This document shows, in pieces, positions 1-5,556 of a DNA stretch of 12,878 bases. Location of the stretch: assembly GCA_043814095.1 (NCBI GenBank), contig JBDRKI010000120.1:1-12878 (forward strand), given 5' to 3'. The position numbers and the translations under genes are program-made. The stretch's first letter is position 1. Each line of letters starts with the position of its first letter. Under the pieces are notes generated by a model. The model was not told the DNA's origin. It was given only the letters and a program-made list of their open reading frames with translations, and made no database searches. The DNA is from Armatimonadota bacterium (lineage in GTDB: Bacteria > Vulcanimicrobiota > JACPDS01 > JBDRKI01).

Positions 1-1206
1 TTTAAGCTGGAATCATCGGTAAAAGACGAATTTACAAGAAACAGGGAAGAATTAAATCTTAACTTAAAAACCTCAAGAGAAGAGATAGGGAATTCTTTAA
101 AACTCTTCGGTGATTCTACTTTAAGCAGGATGAGCGAGATCGCCGCCCTGCAGAAAAACCAGCTTGATACTTTTTCAAGCCAGCTTCTTAATCTAACAAA
201 AGCAAACGAATCAGGTATGGATAAAATGACCCAGACCATAGAAGGCAAACTTAAATCCATTCAGGATGACAATAACCAGAAGCTTGAAAAAATGAGAGAA
301 ACAGTTGATGAGAAGCTTCATAAGACCCTGGAGCAGAGATTAGGGGAATCATTTAAGATAGTAAGCGAGAGACTAGAACAGGTCCAGCGCGGTTTAGGAG
401 AGATGCAGAACCTGGCAACAGGTGTCGGCGACTTAAAGAAAGTGCTCTCAAATGTTAAGACAAGGGGAATACTGGGAGAGATTCAGCTTGAAAATATTCT
501 GGAGCAGATTTTAACCCCTGAGCAGTATGAAAAAAATGTGGTGACCAAAGAAGACTCAAGGGAGAGCGTGGAATTTGCAGTTAAGCTTCCGGGAAAAGAT
601 GACGACGGTCAGGCAGTTTACCTGCCGATGGATTCTAAATTCCCGCTTGAGAATTATTATGTCTTGGTTGACGCGTATGAAAAGGGTGATCTGCCATTGA
701 TTGAAGAATCCGCAAAGCTACTGGAGAACAGCATAAAGAAATTTGCTAAAGATATTAAAGACAAATATATTAATCCGCCTAATACCACGGATTTCGGCAT
801 AATGTTCCTCCCGACAGAAGGCTTATATGCCGAGATCGTGAGAAGAACAAGCCTGATTGAGGTATTAAGCAGGGATCTTAAGATACTGGTCACCGGCCCA
901 TCAACACTGGCGGCGCTTTTAAACAGCCTCCAGATGGGATTCAAGACACTGGCGATAGAGAAAAGATCGAGTGAAGTCTGGAAAATTTTAGGGGCCGTTA
1001 AAACCGAGTTTGATAAATTCGGGAAAGTTTTAGAATCAACTCAGAAAAAAATCAGCCAGGCAGGGGAAGATTTAGACGAACTCGTAGGCAAAAGAACTAA
1101 AAAAATTCAAAGCACCCTTAAAAAGATACATGAAGTTTCTACAGGGGATCCTCTTGTGTATTTAACCGCAGGAGATGAAAAAAAGGAATCCTGCAACAGT
1201 AAATAA
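1..1206 (+). CDS. rmuC: DNA recombination protein RmuC (5'-truncated by window edge)
   Basis: Frame is open from base 1 (FKLESSVKDEFTRNREEL...) into the ORF listed at 130, so the true start is upstream of the window. Coiled-coil N-half is followed by RmuC signatures LSNVKTRGILGEIQL, LPMDSKFPLE, TTDFGIMFLPTEGLYAE, GPSTLAALLNSLQMGF and EKRSSEVW. Confidence 0.95.
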   Translation, partial: FKLESSVKDEFTRNREELNLNLKTSREEIGNSLKLFGDSTLSRMSEIAALQKNQLDTFSSQLLNLTKANESGMDKMTQTIEGKLKSIQDDNNQKLEKMRETVDEKLHKTLEQRLGESFKIVSERLEQVQRGLGEMQNLATGVGDLKKVLSNVKTRGILGEIQLENILEQILTPEQYEKNVVTKEDSRESVEFAVKLPGKDDDGQAVYLPMDSKFPLENYYVLVDAYEKGDLPLIEESAKLLENSIKKFAKDIKDKYINPPNTTDFGIMFLPTEGLYAEIVRRTSLIEVLSRDLKILVTGPSTLAALLNSLQMGFKTLAIEKRSSEVWKILGAVKTEFDKFGKVLESTQKKISQAGEDLDELVGKRTKKIQSTLKKIHEVSTGDPLVYLTAGDEKKESCNSK

Positions 1207-1224
1207 TTTTTATTATATCAGGGC

Positions 1225-1253
1225 TTGCAAATTAATGCCTTTCATTGTAAATT
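1225..1253 (+). promoter_or_regulatory. Putative sigma70-type promoter for the tsa operon
   Basis: TTGCAA (1225-1230), 17-bp spacer, TAAATT (1248-1253); ends 6 nt before the tsaE ATG. Confidence 0.5.
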
Positions 1254-1259
1254 TATTCT

Positions 1260-1721
1260 ATGGATAAGAATATTCTTATAAAATCACATCAGGAAATGAT
1301 AGATTTCGGGAAGAAGACTGCTTCTTTTCTTAAAAAAGGCGATATTATCGCTTTAACTGGAGAGCTTGGAGCGGGCAAAACCGTGTTTGTAAAGGGGCTT
1401 GCTCAGGGCTTAAATATTTCCGAAGAGCCGGGGAGCCCTTCTTTTGTTATTATAAATGAGTATAAAGGGGAGGCCCCTTTATACCATTTTGATGTTTACA
1501 GGTTGGATAATACAAAACAGATGTATGATCTGGGTTATGAAGAATATTTTTATTCCGAAGGCATAACGGTGATAGAGTGGGCAGAGAAGATAGAAAGTCT
1601 TATAGAAGGGGAGTACTTAAAAATAACGATAAGTTACACTGATAATGAAGATGAGAGAAAGATAGAGTTAGAACCTAAAGGGGATATGATAAAAGGGAGG
1701 GTTGAGAAATGTATATTTTAG
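1260..1721 (+). CDS. tsaE: tRNA t6A biosynthesis ATPase TsaE (YjeE)
   Basis: Walker A GELGAGKT, SPSF, YHFDVYRL and IEW motifs; 153 aa; first gene of the tsaE-tsaB-rimI-tsaD order. Confidence 0.97.
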   Translation: MDKNILIKSHQEMIDFGKKTASFLKKGDIIALTGELGAGKTVFVKGLAQGLNISEEPGSPSFVIINEYKGEAPLYHFDVYRLDNTKQMYDLGYEEYFYSEGITVIEWAEKIESLIEGEYLKITISYTDNEDERKIELEPKGDMIKGRVEKCIF

Positions 1722-2410
1722 CGATTGAGTCAACTACAAACCTATGCAGTGTGGCACTGGGAAAAGACGGAAAAATTATAGGGGAACTGCATGAAGATAT
1801 ACCCCAGAGACAGCTTACATGGCTTATGCCCGCAGTTGATAAGCTACTTAAAGAAAACGGAGTTGAATATCCGGATATTAATTATATTGCAGTGACAAAC
1901 GGCCCCGGTTCTTATACAGGACTCCGCTTAGGTATTATTACCGCTAAAACAATAGCCCAGGTTCTGGATATACCGGTAATTGCGTATAATACACTGGAAG
2001 CCCTTGCATATAACGCAGAAACTCAGGATACAGTAATATATCCTATGCTTGATGCCAAAAAGAAACAGATTTACTCTGCAAAAATGGTAAAAGAAGGAAA
2101 GTATTTAAAATCAGAATCGGATTACAGGGCATATACGCCCTCAGAGCTTATTGAAGAGATTAATAAATCATCTAAAGAAGTTGTATTGCTGGGTACCGCC
2201 CTGCATACATATAAAGAAGATATTAAGGAAAAACTGCAAGTTAAATACAGTATCGCAGATTCTAAGTGCTGGCATCCTAAGGCAGAGACGCTTATTACAA
2301 TGGCATACAGGGATATAGAACAGAAGAAGGCAAATTTATTAAGCCATAATGATCTGGATGCGTTTTACCTGCGCGAGCCTGATATTACGCCACCGCGTAA
2401 GGCGGTATAG
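1709..2410 (+). CDS. tsaB: tRNA t6A biosynthesis protein TsaB (YeaZ)
   Basis: ILAIESTT N-terminus, GPGSYTGLRLG, LDAKK and C-terminal YLR; GGGAGG Shine-Dalgarno inside the tsaE 3' end; 13-nt overlap with tsaE. Confidence 0.96.
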   Translation: MYILAIESTTNLCSVALGKDGKIIGELHEDIPQRQLTWLMPAVDKLLKENGVEYPDINYIAVTNGPGSYTGLRLGIITAKTIAQVLDIPVIAYNTLEALAYNAETQDTVIYPMLDAKKKQIYSAKMVKEGKYLKSESDYRAYTPSELIEEINKSSKEVVLLGTALHTYKEDIKEKLQVKYSIADSKCWHPKAETLITMAYRDIEQKKANLLSHNDLDAFYLREPDITPPRKAV

Positions 2411-2414
2411 TTTT

Positions 2415-2861
2415 ATGTCAGGTGTGAAGATACGCAAAATGGAAGAGCGCGATGTTCCTCTCGTAAAAGAGATTGAAGATATATCTTTTACGAGACCCTG
2501 GGAAGAGAGCGCTTTTGTAAGGGAAGTTAAAGAAAACATTCTTGCGTATTATCTTGTTGCAGAGATAGATGACAGGGTTCTCGGGTATCTGGGCTCATGG
2601 CTGGTGCTTACCGAAGCCCATATTACTAATATAGCGGTAAGGCCTGAAGTAAGAAGGAAGAAAATAGCTACAAAGCTGGTTCAGGAATTTATAAAGCATT
2701 TAAATTCACTCGGCATAGAATATGCAACCCTTGAAGTAAAGGTGGATAATGAACCTGCAAAAAACCTTTATAAAAAGTTCGGGTTTACAGAAGCAGGCAT
2801 AAGGAAGAAGTATTACGATAATAAATACGACGCCCTTATAATGAGACTGGAGTTAAAGTAA
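2415..2861 (+). CDS. rimI: Ribosomal protein S18-alanine N-acetyltransferase RimI (GNAT)
   Basis: SFTRPW, EAHITNIAV, TLEV, NEPAKNLYKKFGF, GIRKKYY, DALIM. Start moved to ATG 2415 (MSGVKIRKM), 4 nt after the tsaB stop; the 2349 start overlaps tsaB and its extension does not look like RimI. Confidence 0.93.
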   Translation: MSGVKIRKMEERDVPLVKEIEDISFTRPWEESAFVREVKENILAYYLVAEIDDRVLGYLGSWLVLTEAHITNIAVRPEVRRKKIATKLVQEFIKHLNSLGIEYATLEVKVDNEPAKNLYKKFGFTEAGIRKKYYDNKYDALIMRLELK

Positions 2862-2863
2862 GT

Positions 2864-3856
2864 ATGTATATACTGGCAATAGAGACATCATGTGATGAGA
2901 CTGGAGCCGCAGTCATAAATAATAACTGCGAAATTTTATCTAATATTGTTTCTTCACAGATTGACCTTCACTCGAAATACGGCGGAGTAGTACCTGAAGT
3001 GGCATGCAGGAAGCACCTGGAAGTTTTAAACCCTGTTATACAGGAAGCTCTTGATAAGGCAGGTATATGTTTTAAGGATCTAAAAGCTGTCGCGTGCGCC
3101 AACAGGCCCGGCCTTATAGGCGCTGTTCTTATGGGTGTGGGAGCGGCAAAAGCAATCTCAGCTGTATGCGGGATACCTCTTATAGCCGTTGACCATCTTG
3201 AGTCACATATTTATGCTAATTTTATAGAGCATAAGGATATAGAGTTTCCTTTAGTAGCATTAATAGTATCAGGCGGCCATACAAGTTTAATCTATATAGA
3301 AGACCATCTTAAATATGAAATATTAGGCAGAACCCGTGATGATGCGGCAGGGGAAGCTTTTGATAAAGTGGCTAAAGCCCTTAATCTTGGTTATCCGGGC
3401 GGCCCGAAGATTGATGAACTGGCTAAAAAAGGAAATGAAAAAGCTATCTCTTTCCCTAAAGCTAAACTACCATCACCTTATGAATTCAGTTTCAGCGGGT
3501 TAAAGACAGCAGTTATGAATTTCCTGCATAAAGACGGTTTAGAGAAACATTCTCTTCCTGATATATGCGCGAGCTTCCAGAAAGCTGTTGTTGAAGTATT
3601 GATAGATAATACATTTAAAGCGGCTGATGATAAAGGCGTGAAACAGATACTGTTATCAGGCGGTGTTGTTGCCAATTCTTCTTTAAGAAAGAAGATGGAA
3701 GAAAAAGCCAAAGAGCTTAACTTTAAACTAAACTTTCCTCCTATAAAGTACTGTACTGATAATGCCGCAATGACAGCTGCTTGTGCGTATTATAAATACA
3801 ACAAGGGTATATTTGCGGATCTTTCTTTAGATGCTTATTCTACTACCGGGATGTAG
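2864..3856 (+). CDS. tsaD: tRNA N6-adenosine threonylcarbamoyltransferase TsaD
   Basis: ILAIETSCDET, GGVVPE, metal-binding HLESH, VSGGHT, TRDDAAGEAFDK, YPGGP, FSFSGLKT, GGVVAN, CTDNAAM. Confidence 0.98.
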   Translation: MYILAIETSCDETGAAVINNNCEILSNIVSSQIDLHSKYGGVVPEVACRKHLEVLNPVIQEALDKAGICFKDLKAVACANRPGLIGAVLMGVGAAKAISAVCGIPLIAVDHLESHIYANFIEHKDIEFPLVALIVSGGHTSLIYIEDHLKYEILGRTRDDAAGEAFDKVAKALNLGYPGGPKIDELAKKGNEKAISFPKAKLPSPYEFSFSGLKTAVMNFLHKDGLEKHSLPDICASFQKAVVEVLIDNTFKAADDKGVKQILLSGGVVANSSLRKKMEEKAKELNFKLNFPPIKYCTDNAAMTAACAYYKYNKGIFADLSLDAYSTTGM

Positions 3857-5119
3857 TTATTTATTTTTTATCTCTTTTTGTGTTTTTTTTAGACCTTTGA
3901 CCCATTTTTCTATGTAATCTATATAGCTTGTGCATTCTTGATGGAAATTTATTTCATGCAATATTAATTCAAATAATGGCAATATTTCGTCTATATATTT
4001 GTTATTATTGTTGATACATAAATTTCCCAGAACGGCAGATGCCAGTATTCGATCTCTTAAATTTTCATTATCGTCTGATATAACATTTTTTAAAAGTTGA
4101 AATATTTTCCTGTTAAATTCTTTTCTGTAGGATAATGCAAAAACAGCGCGGCGCCTTGCGGGATGTCCCGATGTGGCTAATATTTCAAATAGGTTTTTTC
4201 TTATTTCACCGTCTATTTCTTCTTCATTTAATAATTTTTTTAGTTCGCTGAATATATCGCATATAGCGGATATATTTGCAGGTTCATAAAAGTCACGTTC
4301 GGATTTCAGGAGGGTTGTAAGATATAAAGAGACTGTCTTGGGATCATGTTTGGCTATTTTTTCCAAATAATAAAGTAAAGACGTTAAAAAAGTACCCTCG
4401 TATTTTTGTTCTTTAGATTTAATTTTAAATTTTTTGGGAGATATTTTTTTGCTGAATGGATGATGCTTTTTTAATACCTCAGATTCTGACAGTTTTAATA
4501 TTTCCTTGATAACTCTTTTGTAATCTATTTTTTCTGTAAACGGCGAATAGGTAAAATTTACTAGAGTGGCCAATATTAGTGATTTTATGGAATCATTTTC
4601 AGAATGTAATTGAGATACTAATATTGATACTATATTATTATCAGCATACCCGATCTTGCCCAGTGTTCTTATTATTGCCTGCTTATTTTCAACCGTTTTT
4701 TCTGTTTTAAGGAGATTGGCCAATTGAGGTGCGGTTTCTTTCGCGGCTATGCCTATTTCCCCAAGCCCGATTATAGCGTTAAGCCGCGTCGCAGAGTTGA
4801 TATCATTAATGCCCGAAATCAGAGTTCTTAAAGTGCGCACCCTTATAAACCGGACCCAGTGCTCTTTGCGAGTTTGAAAACTATCTTCGGAATACAGAAT
4901 CAGCAAAATTTTCAGATTATCCTTATTGATTTTTAGTTTTTTCAACTTTGTTTCAGCATTTTTAATATCTGTGCCGAAATAATTTTTAATTTCTTTACGG
5001 TCTATATGATTGTCTTTATTCTTATCAATTTTTTCTCTGAAAAGATTAAAAGTAGCGTCATCTATACATATGCTTCTGTTTATAAAGCCGGGTATAACAG
5101 GTGTAATGTATTTAGACAT
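3857..5119 (-). CDS. Hypothetical protein with an N-terminal EF-hand-like loop and HEAT/PBS-lyase-like repeats
   Basis: Start taken at ATG 5119 (MSKYITPV) because GGAGGA (5124-5129) precedes it. Loop DKNKDNHIDRKE fits the EF-hand pattern. Repeats such as DINSATRLNAIIGLGEIG, VENKQAIIRTLGKIG, HPARRRAVFALS and NLRDRILASAVLGNL fit HEAT helical pairs. Confidence 0.75.
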   Translation of the reverse strand: MSKYITPVIPGFINRSICIDDATFNLFREKIDKNKDNHIDRKEIKNYFGTDIKNAETKLKKLKINKDNLKILLILYSEDSFQTRKEHWVRFIRVRTLRTLISGINDINSATRLNAIIGLGEIGIAAKETAPQLANLLKTEKTVENKQAIIRTLGKIGYADNNIVSILVSQLHSENDSIKSLILATLVNFTYSPFTEKIDYKRVIKEILKLSESEVLKKHHPFSKKISPKKFKIKSKEQKYEGTFLTSLLYYLEKIAKHDPKTVSLYLTTLLKSERDFYEPANISAICDIFSELKKLLNEEEIDGEIRKNLFEILATSGHPARRRAVFALSYRKEFNRKIFQLLKNVISDDNENLRDRILASAVLGNLCINNNNKYIDEILPLFELILHEINFHQECTSYIDYIEKWVKGLKKTQKEIKNK

Positions 5120-5155
5120 ACAGTCCTCCATAAAAAATATTGACTGCCAATTAAA

Positions 5156-5204
5156 ATTATAACATATAAGTATATTAAAAATGTTAACAAAATGTTAACA
5201 TTTT
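5156..5204 (-). promoter_or_regulatory. Extended -10 promoter with an adjacent tandem palindromic operator-like repeat
   Basis: Minus-strand TGTTATAAT (TGnTATAAT) at 5156-5164; AAAATGTTAAC occurs twice in tandem (5178-5188, 5189-5199); perfect 16-bp palindrome AAAATGTTAACATTTT at 5189-5204. Confidence 0.55.
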
Positions 5205-5239
5205 GACCCTTATGGGGTTGAGAGCTGTTTTAAGTGGTT

Positions 5240-5554
5240 TTATTCCCAGTAAGAAAGAGCTTCAATAAAGGTTAAGAGCAGCTCTTCGGCGTATTCCCTG
5301 CCTTCATCTTTATGAGGGTAAAAATCAGAAACGGTTATCTTTAAAGCTTCTTCTCTTTCTAATCCTTTTATCTTTTTCTCAAGTTCATGACACATATCTT
5401 TAAGAAAATCGTAATTATCGGTTTTAAATTCAATTCCTGATATTTTGCTGTTTTTTATATTAAGAGTTATATTAAAGAAATATTTTCCGTTAGCATAATC
5501 GGCTCTTTCCGCTGTTATATTAAATTCTTCCGTGTTTGATAGTTTTCCAGCCAT
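5240..5554 (-). CDS. Degenerate IscU/NifU-N-like small protein lacking the Fe-S ligand cysteines
   Basis: By-eye alignment to IscU: ITLNIKNSKISGIEFKT ~ IYLKIEDGKITDVKFKT and KIKGLEREEALKIT ~ MVKGKTIEEALKIT. The Cys positions read N22, Y48 and Y88. SD AAGAGG lies in the last codons of the upstream gene, with a 2-nt gap. Confidence 0.65.
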   Translation of the reverse strand: MAGKLSNTEEFNITAERADYANGKYFFNITLNIKNSKISGIEFKTDNYDFLKDMCHELEKKIKGLEREEALKITVSDFYPHKDEGREYAEELLLTFIEALSYWE

Positions 5555-5556
5555 AA

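Noticed and set aside
2349-2414. Longer rimI start (MIWMRF...)
   Set aside because: Overlaps the tsaB 3' end by 62 nt and the extension is not RimI-like; ATG 2415 fits the family length.
5205-5219. Small hairpin GACCCTTATGGGGTT after the IscU-like gene
   Set aside because: Only about 4 Watson-Crick pairs on the transcribed strand and no U tract; not a credible terminator.
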